Origin: Octopus vulgaris
Taxonomy: Eukaryota
Length of the DNA stretch: 64,000 nt
NCBI GenBank assembly: GCA_951406725.2
Contig: OX597816.1
Location: 4,588,001-4,652,000, forward strand
Direction: 5' to 3'
Positions 1 through 14,091 of the stretch are shown piece by piece (positions within the stretch are counted from its first letter, which is position 1; every line of letters begins with the position of its first letter). The notes beneath the pieces were generated by a model. That model made no database searches. It had not been told where the DNA came from and saw only the letters and a program-made list of their open reading frames with translations. The translations under genes were made by a program, and so were the position numbers.

Positions 1-1122
1 ACACATACATACATACACACATACATACATACATACATACATACACACATACATACATACATACATACATACATACATACATACACACATACATACATAC
101 ATACATACATACACACATACATACATACATACACACATACATACATACATACATACATACATACATACATACACACATACACACATACATACATACATAC
201 ATACATACATACATACATACATACATACACACATACATACATACATACATACGTACACACATACATACATACATACACACATACATACATACATACATAC
301 ATACATACATACGTACACACATACATACATACATACACACATACATACATACATACATACATACATACATACATACATACATACACACATACATACATAC
401 ATACATACGTACACACATACATACATACATACACACATACATACATACATACATACATACATACATACATACATACGTACACACATACATACATACATAC
501 ACACATACATACATACATACATACATACATACATACATACATACATACATACATACATACACACATACATACATACATACATACGTACACACATACACAC
601 ATACATACATACATACATACATACATACGTACACACATACATACATACATACATACGTACACACATACACACATACATACATACATACATACATACATAC
701 ATACATACATACGTACACACATACATACATACATACACACATACACACATACATACATACATACACACATACATACATACAAACATTCACACATACATAC
801 ATACATACATACGTACACACATACATACATACATACATACACACATACATACATACATACATACGTACACACATACACACATACATACATACATACATAC
901 ATACATACGTACACACATACATACATACATACATACACACATACATACACACATACATACGTACACACATACATACATACATACACACATACATACATAC
1001 ATACATACGTACACACATACATACATACATACACACACACATACATACATACATACATACATACATACATACATACATACGTACGTACGTACGTACGTAC
1101 ATACATACATACATAACATACA
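1..1122. repeat. Long (ACAT)n microsatellite with ACAC/ACGT variant units
   Basis: Directly visible tetranucleotide array running off the window start. Confidence 0.97.
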
Positions 1123-1203
1123 TATGTTAAATAAAATGAAACAGCAAAACCAAGGCAGTTAAAATTTCTAGGATATTTATAAACAGAAAAGTAATCTTAC
1201 AGG

Positions 1204-1556
1204 GCATGACCTTGCAGGTGGGGCCCAGTTAGAATTTTCTTCTGGTCAAGTAATCCATCCCGCTCAAAAGGTCCCTGAATAAGGGTTGTTTAAGGATGTT
1301 GAACGAAACCCCCATGTTTCCAGATGTGAATTATTCAAACCCCAAAGAATCCCTCTCAACACATGGCTATGATGCTCCCCCACTACTTCTGCTCGTGATC
1401 AGAGATGCACATATTGTCAGCCCCTAAGGGACATGCTCGACTGGTTAAGGTCAAACAACTGACAAGCAAATCTGTGGTATATTTGCTGTAACCCATCTGT
1501 AACCCATCTGCAAATCTGCAGAATATTTGCTGTAACCCATCTTTTATACCAAGACA
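1204..1556 (-). mobile_element. Family D ORF-less element (partial), next to (TAA)n
   Basis: Near-identical to 25285-25581 and 26127-26443; reverse complement of part of 60812-61370. Confidence 0.85.
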
Positions 1557-1597
<41 letters not shown>

Positions 1598-1675
1598 TAT
1601 TCAGGTCATTGCCTGGAATCAAACTTGGCATCTTGGGGTTAGTAGCCCACGCTCTTAACCACTGCACCATATGCT
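1557..1675 (-). mobile_element. Family F tRNA-derived SINE head with (TAA)n linker
   Basis: Minus strand GCATATGGTGCAGTGGTTAAGAGCGTGGGCTACTAACCCCAAG...GAGTTTGATTCC-like A/B boxes; same head as 28145-28219. Confidence 0.75.
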
Positions 1676-2089
1676 TGTAGTGACTTGACCCAAAGGGACC
1701 CCTGCTCCCTGTGCAATACAGCCTGTCAAGTAATGTTCCCTCAATAGCCCCTTATCTCAACCACTTATATTTCAGCCATTACCAAGGTTTGTCACGAAAT
1801 GTGGAATGGTGATAATGTGGTCATTTCTTGATCACATAAAGTCCAGTTGCTCTGTCCTGTTGAAGACATTAAATATGTCCTTCTGGCGCTGGTCAGTGCA
1901 TTGTGTCCTTGGTAAGGTTCTTCATTTCACATTTTCCCTGTCAACTCAGTTAGACATGAATCTGTATCTGTTGCAGTGTGGCACCAGACAAACCATTAAC
2001 CTCAGAACTTAGGAATGCAGACAGTCAACAGCTCTTGAGATGGGTGAAACATATTGGGGGTGGGGTGGGGGATGTAGAGTACAAAGAGG

Positions 2090-2177
2090 TAGATAGGCAG
2101 ATAGAGAGATAGATAGAGAGAGAGAGAGAGAGAGAGGGAGAGGTAGATATAGAGAGATAGGGAGAGAGATAGAGAGG

Positions 2178-2208
<31 letters not shown>

Positions 2209-2570
2209 TGAGAGAGAGAGGTAGAGAGAAAGAGAGAGAGAGAGGTAGATAGATAGATAGATATATAGAGAGAGAAGTGGTTAGGTAGATAGATAGATAG
2301 ATAGAGAGATAGATAGATAGATAGATAGAGAGATAGATAGATGGATAGAGAGAGAGGTAGATAGATAGATAGAGAGACAGAGAGAGATGGATAGAGAGAG
2401 ATAGAGGCAGATAGATAGATAAATAGAGAGAGAGAGAGGTAGTTAGATAGATAGAGAGGTAGATAGATAGAAAGATAGAGAGAGAGAGAGAGAGAGAGGG
2501 GAAATAGATAAACAGTGAGAGAGGAAAAAAGAGAAAGAGAGAAGGAAGGAAAGAGAGTGAGAAATGATGA
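2090..2570. repeat. (GATA)n/(GA)n compound microsatellite
   Basis: Visible in sequence. Confidence 0.95.
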
Positions 2571-2807
2571 TAATAGAAATATGCATTTAACCCATGGATT
2601 TGCAGGCTAAATTAATAAAATTACTTTGAGTCTCATCAATAATTATATTCATTAATGACTAACGAGGGCTGTGGAATTCGGTTTTAGTGTCATACCTGAC
2701 ATTCCAAATGCATTTAGGCTGGCACCGAGGGAGCGAAAGAGTTAGAAGCAGAAATTAATATCAATACCAATGATTCAATTATTCACAATGGATATCACAT
2801 CGTTTCT

Positions 2808-2809
<2 letters not shown>

Positions 2810-2859
<50 letters not shown>

Positions 2860-3014
2860 ATTTCCCTCATTTTCTCTCTGTCTGTCTGTCTCTCTCTCTA
2901 TATATTTATATATGTGTGTGTATGTGTGTATGTATGTATGTGTGTATATATATATATATGTGCGTGTGTATATATATATATATTTATGCATGTGTGTGTA
3001 TATATATATATGTG

Positions 3015-3055
<41 letters not shown>

Positions 3056-3183
3056 CTTTCTTTCTGTCTCTCTGTTTATTTCTCTCTCTCTTCCTCTCCC
3101 TCACTTTCTCTTTTTCTATTTCTTGCTCTCATTCTATCTATCTATCTATCTACCTGAATTCCTATTCAACTGAGTTCATCCTT

Positions 3184-3242
<59 letters not shown>

Positions 3243-3315
3243 ATACATAGACTGGACTGTCACCCACAGTTTTTCACACACGGACATACAACTAGACTCA
3301 CACACACATATACAT
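2810..3315. repeat. (TC)n/(TA)n/(TG)n/(CA)n compound microsatellite
   Basis: Visible in sequence; explains ORFs 2770-3395. Confidence 0.95.
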
Positions 3316-3952
3316 AAATGAAGCCATGGTAACAAACAGCTAACAGCCACATCAAAATCTCTCATAAATTCCAAGAAACAACCAAAATTAATCAAAGACT
3401 CCTTCCGTCTTACATAAGCAATTTTTATTCAAAAATCAGACACTGTCAGTGCCATTTACTAAGGTTTCCTAATGTGGAAGAAACAGTGAAATTCTTGGAA
3501 ATATTTTAAAGGTGTGGTGCTGAAAGGCAAACAAAAACTAACAGACAGGTATTAAAAGAACCAGCTTTTGGTTTCAAAGAAAATACCAAGCAAATGAAGA
3601 ACTTTCTGGCTTTATCGGTGCTTCAAGGTTGTTCCGTGTCAATAGAACAAAAGATAATTCTTACGATTAAAAGAGAAATTTCTTCAGATAATTGCAAATT
3701 TCAATGATGCTGATGCTACAAATATTGGAGCTGTGGGTGGAAATGGGGCAATCAAAAAAAGTGTTTTATAAATACAGGGGTACAGATGTGGCACCATGGT
3801 AAAGAAGATCACTTTGCAGCCATGTGCCACCAAATTTCATCCTAATGCCAATCACCTTTGAGAAAGTGTCTTCCTCTTCATGATTATGTCAACCAAATTT
3901 TCAAAACCCAAAGGTTGTTACATGGCTACATGGAAACAAAAAAGAACTCTGC

Positions 3953-3996
<44 letters not shown>

Positions 3997-3999
<3 letters not shown>

Positions 4000-4336
4000 C
4001 ATCATCATCATCATCATCATCATCGTTTAACGTCCGCTTTCCATGCTAGTATGGGTTGGACGATTTGACTGAGGGCTGGCGAACCAGATGGCTGCACCAG
4101 GCTCCAATCTTGATCTGGCAGAGTTTCTACAGCTGGATGCCCTAATGCTAACCACTCCAAGAGTGTAGTGGATGCTTTTACATATCACCTGCACACCAGC
4201 ACAAGTGCCAGTAAGGCAACGCTGGTAATGATCACGCTCGAATGGTGCTTTTTACGTCCCACCAGCACGAATGCCAGTTAGCTGCTCTGGCAACGATCAT
4301 GCTTGGATGGTTCTCTTAGTGCTCCACTAGCATGGA
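3997..4336 (-). mobile_element. Family A: 3' UTR of RTE-clade LINE with (GAT)n tail
   Basis: (CAT)n-CGTTTAACGTCCGCTTTCCATGCTAG signature; same sequence follows the RTE ORF end at 14659-14880. Confidence 0.85.
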
Positions 4337-4338
4337 TA

Positions 4339-4739
4339 TTTTTATATATAAAAGTGAGGTTGTGTGCTGTCTGTCTCCTACGATTTAGATTCCTAACTAC
4401 TCCCACATTTTGCGGTGCAGTTTAACCAAAACCGGGTATCTTATAGGCGTGATTCATATCGAGCCCTTCTGGGTATTAGCGCGCATCTACAATGAGTCTA
4501 TGATTTTAAAAAAAATTTACCATAATTTTTTCCCATTTTTAATGTATTTTTGTCATATATAAGGGAAGTAACTCTCTAAGAATTTATTATTAAATCTCAG
4601 AACGTAAAAAGCTACAGTAACACCCCCACCCCCCTTTGTGGTTAGCCATATTGAGATGGCTATTATATTTTACATCTCTAAAAATGCTTATATAGTTATT
4701 TCCCTTACAAACCCGAGCAATGCCGGGCGATACTGCTAG
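4339..4739 (+). mobile_element. Non-autonomous Helitron-like element
   Basis: 5' T(T)TATATATAAAA start; 3' GC-rich hairpin CCCGAGCAATGCCGGG (4712-4727) then CTAG (4736-4739) and T; no TIRs or TSD seen. Confidence 0.75.
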
Positions 4740-4788
4740 TACATATATAAATATATATATGCATACATATATATTATGTATGTATGCA

Positions 4789-4838
<50 letters not shown>

Positions 4839-4924
4839 TATATGTATGTATGTAAAAAATAATAATAATAATGTGTTTTGAATGACACAACAGTGCATTG
4901 TTGTGCAATTCAAAACACATTATT

Positions 4925-5942
4925 ACTCTTTACTCTCTTTTACTCTTTTACTTGTTTCAGTCATTTGACTGCGGCCATGCTGGAGCACCGCATTTAGTCG
5001 AGCAAATCGACCCCGGGACTTATTCTTTGTAAGCCCAGTACTTATTCTATCGGTCTCTTTTGCCGAACCGCTAAGTGACGGGGACGTAAACACACCAGCA
5101 TCGGTTGTCAAGCAATGCTAGGGGGGACAAACACAGACACACAAACACATACACACACACATATATATATATATACATATATACGACAGGCTTCTTTCAG
5201 TTTCCGTCTACCAAAACCATTCACAAGGCCTTGGTCGGCCCGGGGCTATAGCAGAAGACACTTGCCCAAGATGCCACGCAGTGGGACTGAACCCAGAACC
5301 ATGTGGTTGGTAAACAAGCTACTTACCACACAGCCACTCCTGCACCTGTTTGATATTAACATATATATTGCCGAACCGCTAAGTGACGGGGACGTAAACA
5401 CACCAGCATCAGTTGTCAAGCAATGCTAGGGGTACAAACACAGACACACAAACACATACATATACATATATATACATATATACGACAGGCTTCTTTCAGT
5501 TTCCGTCTACCAAATCCATTCACAAGGCCTTGGTCGGCCCGGGGCTATAGCAGAAGACACTTGCCCAAGATGCCACGCAGTGGGACTGAACCCAGAACCA
5601 TGTGGTTGGTAAACAAGCTACTTACCACACAGCCACTCCTGCACCTGTTTGATATTAACATATATATTGCCGAACCGCTAAGTGACGGGAACGTAAACAC
5701 ACCAGCATTGGTTGTCAAGCAATGCTAGGGGAACAAACACACACACACACAAACACACACACATACACATATATATATACATATATACGACAGGTTTCTT
5801 TCAGTTTCCGTCTACCAAATCCACTCACAAGGCCTTGGTCGGCCCGGGGCTATAGCAGAAGACACTTGCCCAAGATGCCACACAGTGGGACTGAACCCGG
5901 AACCATGTGGTTGGTTAGCAAGCTACTTACCACACAGCCACT
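4925..5942 (-). mobile_element. Family B tRNA-derived (CORE-like) SINE, tandemly triplicated
   Basis: One full copy plus two ~300-bp tandem repeats (units start 5061, 5369, 5668); A box GTGGCTGTGTGG, B box GGTTCAGTCCC, ACCTTGGGCAAGTG core, AAAGAGT tail. Confidence 0.9.
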
Positions 5943-6585
5943 TCATTTTTATTTTTCACAAACAATACTCAATGCTTCAAGCGAACTACAATACTCTCAT
6001 ATATATATATATACATAGGCGCAGGAGTGGCTGCATGGTAAGCTACGATTGGTACTGCCAGAGTGTTAATGGCTTCTATTTTGTTTGCAGTGTTGAGTTC
6101 AGTCTTATCTCCCCTACACTGATACCTTATTCAACCTCTCAAAAAAAAAAAAAAAACTCTTATCACTGTACCTGTTTTTTAATTTTTTTTCAATAATTTT
6201 AACTATCGCAAGTATTTTCTTTCTTGATTCAGTAATATTAACAACTATTCTCCAATTTTTAGTCCTTCCTCTTAGACTTATTTCACACAAATTAATATAA
6301 TGCTTTTTAACTAATAATAAATATTTTTTCTCCATTATATTAACCTAATAATTACACCCTCACAACCCTAAATTTTTTGGCCATTTGAATTTCAAGTAAC
6401 TTATATAAAATTACATAAACTATTTGTATTCCTTATTCTAAGAATTTTTTTAAACAATTTCTTTTTAATATACACCATAATTTATTTTCATTATTTTCAT
6501 TGTATACCACTCACAACTGTCAAATCATATATAAATATATATATAGCTATGATATCCCATTGGATGCTTATTTATTTATATATTT

Positions 6586-6621
<36 letters not shown>

Positions 6622-6636
6622 GCATGTATATAAATA

Positions 6637-7010
6637 TCATCATCATCATCATCATCATCATTTAACGTCTGTTTTCCGCGCTAGCGCGGGTTGGACGGTT
6701 CGACCGGGGTCTGGGAAGCCAGGGGCTGCACCAGGCTCCAGTCTGATCTGGCAGTGTTTCTACAGCTGGATGCCCTTCCTAACACCAACCACTCCGCGAG
6801 TGTAGTGGGTGCTTTTTACATGCCACCTGCACAGGTTTGAGGGGTCTGGCATCGGCCACGATCGGTTGGTGCTTTTTATGTACCACCAGCACAGAAGCCA
6901 GTCGAGGTGGTGCTGGCATCGGCCACGTTCGGATGGTGCTTTTTATGTGCCACCGGCACAAAAGCCAGTCGAGGTGGGGCTGGCATCGCCCACGTTCGGA
7001 TGGTGCTTTT
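6637..7010 (-). mobile_element. Family A RTE 3' end
   Basis: (CAT)n tail, conserved 3' block and internal ~63-66 bp repeats. Confidence 0.85.
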
Positions 7011-7371
7011 ATAAATATAAATATAACATACAGGAATATTTCCCAATTAATATTCCTGTATGGTTTATTTTAATAATTATTGGTATCTTTATATATTAAT
7101 CTATTTTATATGTAAAGCATAATATGTTATACATGTATGTATATTCTTGTAATTGTAATTTTAATCAATAAAAAAATAAATTAACAGAATATAATGTCTA
7201 AAAGTTAATGAACCACCTCTTGATCCCCTCCATTTTCTTATTGCTCTCTCTCTCTCTTCGTTTATATATATATATATATATATATTATGAGGTATAGTTC
7301 ATATACAACTACACTCAACATTACCTAAGCATGTTTTTATCTTTCACCTTTCATAATAAGATCATGAATAT

Positions 7372-7680
7372 CTGAAAAGCACCGTCCAAACATGACAAAT
7401 GCCAGCGCCACCTTGTCTGGTGTCTGTGTCGGTGACACGTAAAAGCACCAACCGATCGTGGCCATTTGCCAGCCTCCTCTTGCCCCTGTGCCGGTGGTAC
7501 GTAAAAAGCACCCACTGCACTCACGGAGTGGTTGGCATTAGAAAAGGCATCAAGCTGTAGAAACCACTGCCAGATCAGACTGGAGCCTGGTGCAGCCTCC
7601 TGGCTTCCCAGACCCCAGTTGAACCATCCAACCCATGCTAGCATGGAAAACGGATGTTAAATGATGATGATGATGATGAT
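7372..7680 (+). mobile_element. Family A RTE 3' end (inverted relative to 6637-7010)
   Basis: AAAAAGCACCCACT...CCAACCCATGCTAGCATGG...(GAT)n. Confidence 0.85.
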
Positions 7681-7999
7681 CTGAATATGCTATATGACAC
7701 TCACTCCATCTTGTCTTCTGTAACAATATAATATTCTTCTGATAAATTCTTTTTGATGTATTCTTCTTTCACACCGAGGAGAACAGTAATATGTAATTAA
7801 TTTAATTATAATTATAATTAAATTAATTTCTAATTCTTTCTATGTTTCTTACACGTTAATATTGCCATTCGAAACATTTGCATGCATGGATTAAAATTTC
7901 ATATACTTATGACATTTTCTCTTCTCCATCTTTAATTGTTTGTGGAGTTTATATAGGATACGTGTTCTATAAATGCTCATAACACACCTTATATATATA

Positions 8000-8192
8000 T
8001 CATCATCATCATCATCATCGTTTAACGTCCACTTTCCATGCTAGCATGGGTTGGACGGTTCAACTGGGGTCTGGGAAGCCAGAAGGCTGCACCAGGCTCC
8101 AGTCTGAGCTGGCAGTGTTTCTACAGCTGGATGCCCTTCCTAACGCCAACCACTCCGTGAGTGTAGTGGGTGCTTTTTACGTGCCACCGGCA
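8000..8192 (-). mobile_element. Family A RTE 3' end
   Basis: Same signature as other family A copies. Confidence 0.85.
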
Positions 8193-8562
8193 CATATATA
8201 TATGTGTGTGTGTGTGTATGTGTGTGTGTGTGTAGTGTGGTGTGTGTGTGTGTGTGCGTGTGTGTGTGTGTGTGTGTGTGGGTGTGGGTGTGTGTGTGTG
8301 TGTGTGTGTGAGTCTTTCTATCTATCTGTGTTCATCCTCCACCACTGATAACTGGTGTTGGTGTGGTTATTTCCCTCTAACTTAGCAGTTTGGCAAACAA
8401 ATGACCAATACAATAAGCACCAAGTTCAGAAAAGTAAAAAAAGAATTGGGTGGGGGGGGGGGGATTTCATTTGGATAAAATTTCAAGGTGGAGCCCCAGC
8501 ATGGCTGCAGTCTAATGACTGAAACAAGTAAATGCTAAAAGATATATATACATGCACACACA

Positions 8563-8597
<35 letters not shown>

Positions 8598-8811
8598 GCG
8601 CACGCGCACACACACACACACATACACGCACATATATACATGGGCACAGACAGGGCTTTGTGATTAAGATCCTCATTTCCCTCCCAAATGTCTTTGGATT
8701 GAGTCTCACTGCACGACACCTTGGTGACGTATATTCTAGCGTTGGTCAGCCGAGCATTTTGTCCAATGAGCTAACGATTCTGCGAGCTCACCACTTTAAA
8801 ATCAGGTTAAT

Positions 8812-9230
8812 AACCCTTTCTACTTAAAAGCACAAGACCTGAAATTTGGTGGGAGGAGACTAGTTGATTACATTGACCCCATTGACCCCAGTGCGTAACT
8901 GGTACTTAATTTATAGACCCCCCCAAAAAAAAACAATTAAAGGCAAGTTTGACCTCAGTGAAATTTGAACTCAGAACATAGCGGCAGACGAAATACTTAT
9001 TTCTTTACTACCTACAAGGGGCTAAACACCGAGAGGACAAACAAGGACAGACAAACGGATTAAGTTGATTATATCGACCCCAGTGCGTAACCGGTAGTTA
9101 TTTAATCAACCTCGAAAGGATGAAAGGCAAAGTTGACCTCGGTGGAATTTGAACTCAGAACGTAACAGCAGACAAAATACTGCTATGCATTTTGCCCGGT
9201 GTGCTAATGATTCTACCAGCTTGCTGCCTT
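8812..9230 (-). mobile_element. Family C SINE, dimeric (Meta/MESC-like core)
   Basis: Head GGC(A/G)GC(A/G)AGCTGG, B box GAGTTCAAATTC, core GCCTTTCATCCTTTCG...AAGTACCAG present twice. Confidence 0.85.
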
Positions 9231-9949
9231 ACATCAGGTTAATAATGATAGTTATTTGACTAAGTTCTTCATTAATTTCGAAATTAACTGAAACAAAATC
9301 AGTGTATTTCACCAGAAATAGGGTAACAGAAGGGCTAACATTTTTATTAACTTTTAGTTGACAAGAAACCCCTGAAGAAAGAAAGAAAAGTTTGATAAAG
9401 ACACCAAAAGGCTGGAAATAACAGACTGGGTAGCAGGCTAACTGGGCCCTAATCCATTAAGCAGCATCGACCAAATTAATGAAAGATTGTGTACAAAGAG
9501 GAAAAACAATTTTATTAGTAGCTTCAAAGGTTCAATAGAAGAGGCTATAACATGAATCAGAGCTAGGTTCAAAATAACGATATGAAATATAGATAAAAGA
9601 CTTAGTCGAGTGCTTCGAGAGCAGAGCAATCATACACGCAATTAAATAACAATAGTGTCTGTATTTAATGTTTCAAAGTAGAATTTTAATTTAGGAAAAA
9701 AAATAAAGCTAAAACAAAACAAAAAAAATAGAATTGATTAATCTATCGGAATATTGTCACAGATTACTTTATGGAAATTTCGGAATTCTTTCTTCTTTAT
9801 TTTTGAAGTTATTTCTAAAAATCAAGCTTTTAATTGTTAGTTATCACAAAGAAGGTTATCGTAATATAAATTCAAGTTTTACCTCATAAAAACCTCAAAT
9901 AGAGATAACTTATATTAATGACATGTGCTATCATTTTATTATGCAGTAT

Positions 9950-9951
9950 GC

Positions 9952-9995
<44 letters not shown>

Positions 9996-10025
9996 GCATA
10001 TATGGTGTGTGTGTGTGTGTATACA

Positions 10026-10081
<56 letters not shown>

Positions 10082-10083
10082 TA

Positions 10084-10119
<36 letters not shown>

Positions 10120-10375
10120 TACATACATATATATCTATATCTATCTATTTATCTATCTATCATCTATCTATCTATCAATATATATATATATATAATACAT
10201 ACATATATATCTATATCTATCTATTTATCTATCTATCAATCTATATATATATATATATATATATGCAAGTATCGTGTGTGTGTATGTGTATATACATGTA
10301 TATGTATATATATATATAATACATAATACATACATATATATCTATATCTATATCTTTCTATCTATCATCTATCTA

Positions 10376-10409
<34 letters not shown>

Positions 10410-10500
10410 TAATGTGTATATATATATGTGTGTGTGTGTGAGTTCATATATATAAATATATATATATGGAAAGACACTCACATACACATGTATACATAGG
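9950..10500. repeat. (TA)n/(TATC)n compound microsatellite
   Basis: Visible in sequence. Confidence 0.95.
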
Positions 10501-11063
10501 AGTGTAGCAATGTGTATATTATGCATATATAGCAAAAAAAAAAAAATTTTTTAAGACTGGCAGAAATTTCGCGACTTATTGAAGTCATTAGTAATTCCTT
10601 TTGTTCTTTAATTTGAGTGTATGGAGGAAAATGGTAAAACAAATGGAAGGAGACCAAAAATACTATGAATGTCGATAATATTTATAGCAAGGATGGAAGA
10701 AAATTTTATGGAGTCTGGTCCGGTTTGGTTTGATTCAACACTCACCCACTTTACGGGTATATTAAGTGGCATAAAGCACATATATATAGTATATACACAC
10801 GCATACACACACACACACATATATAAATACAGGGATGGTATTATTAAAGTACTGTCATGAGTGGCAAGCGAATTATCAGCCGTACAGGCAAATTAATACA
10901 GTATATACGTAGAATATTAGATATGTACATATATACACAAGGACACTGCATGAGCACCTACATCGCTAAAAATAGAAGTCAAAAATACTTCTGTACCACT
11001 GAAGAGTCACACATCTATTACAGACATGATAGGGAAAAATATCAGTGAACAATAATAACGTCT

Positions 11064-11101
<38 letters not shown>

Positions 11102-11336
11102 TAAATATATATATAGATAAATATATATATATATATATAAATATATACATATATTTTTTAATAATATATCATTATTATTATTAATATAAGGAACTTAATA
11201 TCCAAACTCGTCATAAAGATGTAACCATGTGAACTTATTGTATTAAAATATATATATAAATAAATAAATATAAAAATATAAGTATAATGTATGAAATAAA
11301 TTTGATAGTTTAAAAGTTTTGAATTAATTATTTAAG

Positions 11337-11428
11337 CATCTTACAATCGTTTCGCAGAAGAGATGTCCTTATAATGAAATCCTATATTGATAAGCATTTA
11401 TAGACAACCCTTCTGCTCTTCAGAGATA
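11337..11428 (-). ncRNA. Type I hammerhead ribozyme (Penelope-type minimal stem III)
   Basis: Minus strand TATCT-CTGAAGA-[GCAGAAGGGTTGTC...GACATCTCTTCTGC]-GAAAC-GATT-GTA-AGATG: intact core, 14-bp stem II with one G-U and one mismatch, 5-bp stem I, GUA cleavage triplet. Confidence 0.75.
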
Positions 11429-11876
11429 TAAAATACGAATATTTTATAATATATCGAATCATAGTTTTTTTTTTAAATTTGAAGTAAAATTGTAAAATGG
11501 GGTTTGTTTGAAATGTAAAATAAAAATAAAAAATTACTACTTTTGATGAGAGTCTTTAAATCCATATATACTTCCTTGGTTATTTTAGTGCAATAATCCA
11601 TATTATTCATACTCAAATATATATATATGTGTGTGTGTGTATGTGATGCACATGTATGATAAATATATGTATTAAGAGGTATATAATACAAATAAATCAT
11701 ATACACACATACGCATGTTTAGAAGTATTCTAATGTAGATGTAGGTTTTTACATTCTTAAACACTAAACACACGTTGACAGGGTGTGCATGGAGATTATG
11801 TATGTGAATGTATGCGTATGCATGTATGTATGTATGTATATCTATGTATTTATCTATCTATCTGTCTATCTATCTA

Positions 11877-11902
<26 letters not shown>

Positions 11903-11915
<13 letters not shown>

Positions 11916-12124
11916 TTCGAGACAAAACCACTATTTTGCAAATCAAACAAGGAAAGACTTAATCAATACATAAAAAAATTATAAAGTAAATAAATTGCCA
12001 CTACAATTGTTTCATGTCTTTAAATTTCCGATCTTCTAGTCAGTTTTAATTTTTTATGTATTGATTAAGTCTTTCCTTGTTTGATTTGCAAAATAGTGGT
12101 TTTGTCTCGAATTAATATTATATA
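11903..12124. repeat. ~78-bp inverted repeat between (TA)n arrays (Penelope-like fold-back remnant)
   Basis: 11903-11981 is the reverse complement of 12047-12124; the loop holds the hammerhead 3' half GAAACAATTGTA on the minus strand. Confidence 0.8.
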
Positions 12125-12205
12125 ATATTTTACTATAAAATTGGATTTATTCCTAAATCTGATTTTTTTCCTGTAAATTTGGATTTATTCCCTAATATTT
12201 ATTAT

Positions 12206-12242
<37 letters not shown>

Positions 12243-12289
12243 TATAAACATCATCAACATTGTGTAACATCCATCTTCCATGCTAGCAT

Positions 12290-12327
<38 letters not shown>

Positions 12328-12377
12328 GGGTACATGCGTATGTGTGTTATATAATATGTATATGTATATATACATAT

Positions 12378-12745
12378 ATCATCATCATCATCATCGTCAT
12401 CATCATTGTTTATCAGCCATTTTCCATGCTGGAATGGGTTGGACGGTTTGGCTGGGGTCTGGGAAGCCAGGAGGTTGCACCAGGCCCCAATCTGAGCTGG
12501 CAGTGTTTCTACAGCTGGATGCCTTTCTTAATGCCAACCACTCCGAGAGTGTAGTGGATGCTTTTTTTATGTGCCACCAGCACAGGAGCCAGGGGAGGCT
12601 GGCAGCGGCCACGATTGGTTGGTGCTATTTACATGCTACCAGCATGGGGGTCACAACTACAATTTCCATTTGATTTGATTTTGATCTACTTGACTCAATA
12701 GGGCTCCTCAAGCACGGCATGTCACCCTACAATCCAAGGTACACA
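12378..12745 (-). mobile_element. Family A RTE 3' end (older copy)
   Basis: Same signature, more diverged. Confidence 0.8.
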
Positions 12746-12765
12746 TATATATATATATATATATG

Positions 12766-12809
<44 letters not shown>

Positions 12810-12840
12810 CATATATATATATATAATATATATATATACA

Positions 12841-12871
<31 letters not shown>

Positions 12872-12872
12872 G

Positions 12873-12956
<84 letters not shown>

Positions 12957-12970
12957 CATATATATGCATG

Positions 12971-13050
<80 letters not shown>

Positions 13051-13053
13051 TAT

Positions 13054-13599
13054 ATCATCATCATCATCATCATCGTTTAACGTCCGTTCTCCATGCTAGC
13101 ATGGGTTGGACGGTTCGACCAGGGATCTGGAAAGCCAGAAGGCTGCACCAGGCTCCAGTCTTATCTGGCAGTGTTTCTACAGCTGGATGCCCTTCCTAAC
13201 GCCAACCACTCCGTGAGTGTAGTGGGTGCTTTTTACGTGCCACCTGCACAGGTGCCAGGCGAGGCTGGCAACGGCCTCGGTCGGATTGGTGTATTTTATG
13301 TGACACCTGCACGGAAGCCAAACGAGGGGGTGCTGGCATCGGCCACGAGTCGGATAGTGCTTTTTACGTACCACCAGACTAGGGATCCTGGCTGGTTCAA
13401 TTCGATTTCGATTTCGCTTGCCCCAACATGTCTTCGCAAGCAAGGGGGTTGGCATGGGTGCCTGTCGTACGGTCAGATGGGTGTATTTTACGTGCCACCG
13501 GCACGGAAGCCAGTGGAGGCGGCGCTGGCATCAGCCACGAGTCGGATAGTGCTTTTTACGTACCACCAGACCAGGGATCCTGGCTGGTTCAATTCGATT

Positions 13600-13603
<4 letters not shown>
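13054..13603 (-). mobile_element. Family A RTE 3' end with internal duplication
   Basis: Block GCTGGCATC...TTCAATTCGATTTCGAT occurs twice (~13332-13412 and ~13524-13604). Confidence 0.85.
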
Positions 13604-13650
<47 letters not shown>

Positions 13651-14023
13651 GTATGTATATATGATGGGATACTTTCAGTTTCTGCCTCTCACGGGGCTTT
13701 GGCCAGCCTGGGGCTTTTGTAGAAGACACTGTTACAAGGTGTCACGCAGTGGGACTGAAACTAGAACCGTATGGTTGGGAAGCAAGCGTCTTGCCACAGA
13801 GCCACTCATATGTATAAATGAAATACCTACATGCGCCCATGGAAAAAAAGCCGAACCAAAAGTCATGAGTACATATGTCATCAGCATATTGGCATAGAAA
13901 CAATTTTCTTTTGCCCTTGTTTATAAGTTGTTTATAATTTTAGCCTTTAAAGGTATTTTAATATGGTGCCACTTTTTTGATGAAATTTTTTTCTGTAAGA
14001 AACTTCATCCCATATTAGTAGTA

Positions 14024-14064
<41 letters not shown>

Positions 14065-14091
14065 TATACATATATATACATATATATATAT

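Noticed and set aside
3413-3735. Two minus-strand exon-like segments with good acceptors and GTAAG donors
   Set aside because: Stops occur in all frames; they could be non-coding exons but cannot be supported without RNA data.
7770-7885. CCGAGGA...long stem...GAAAC decayed hammerhead
   Set aside because: Core is mutated and there is no convincing stem I or III.
10995-11048. CTGAAGA...GAAA hammerhead-like string
   Set aside because: Stems I and III do not pair.
13825-13890. Minus-strand CTGATGA followed by a hairpin
   Set aside because: No GAAA half follows.
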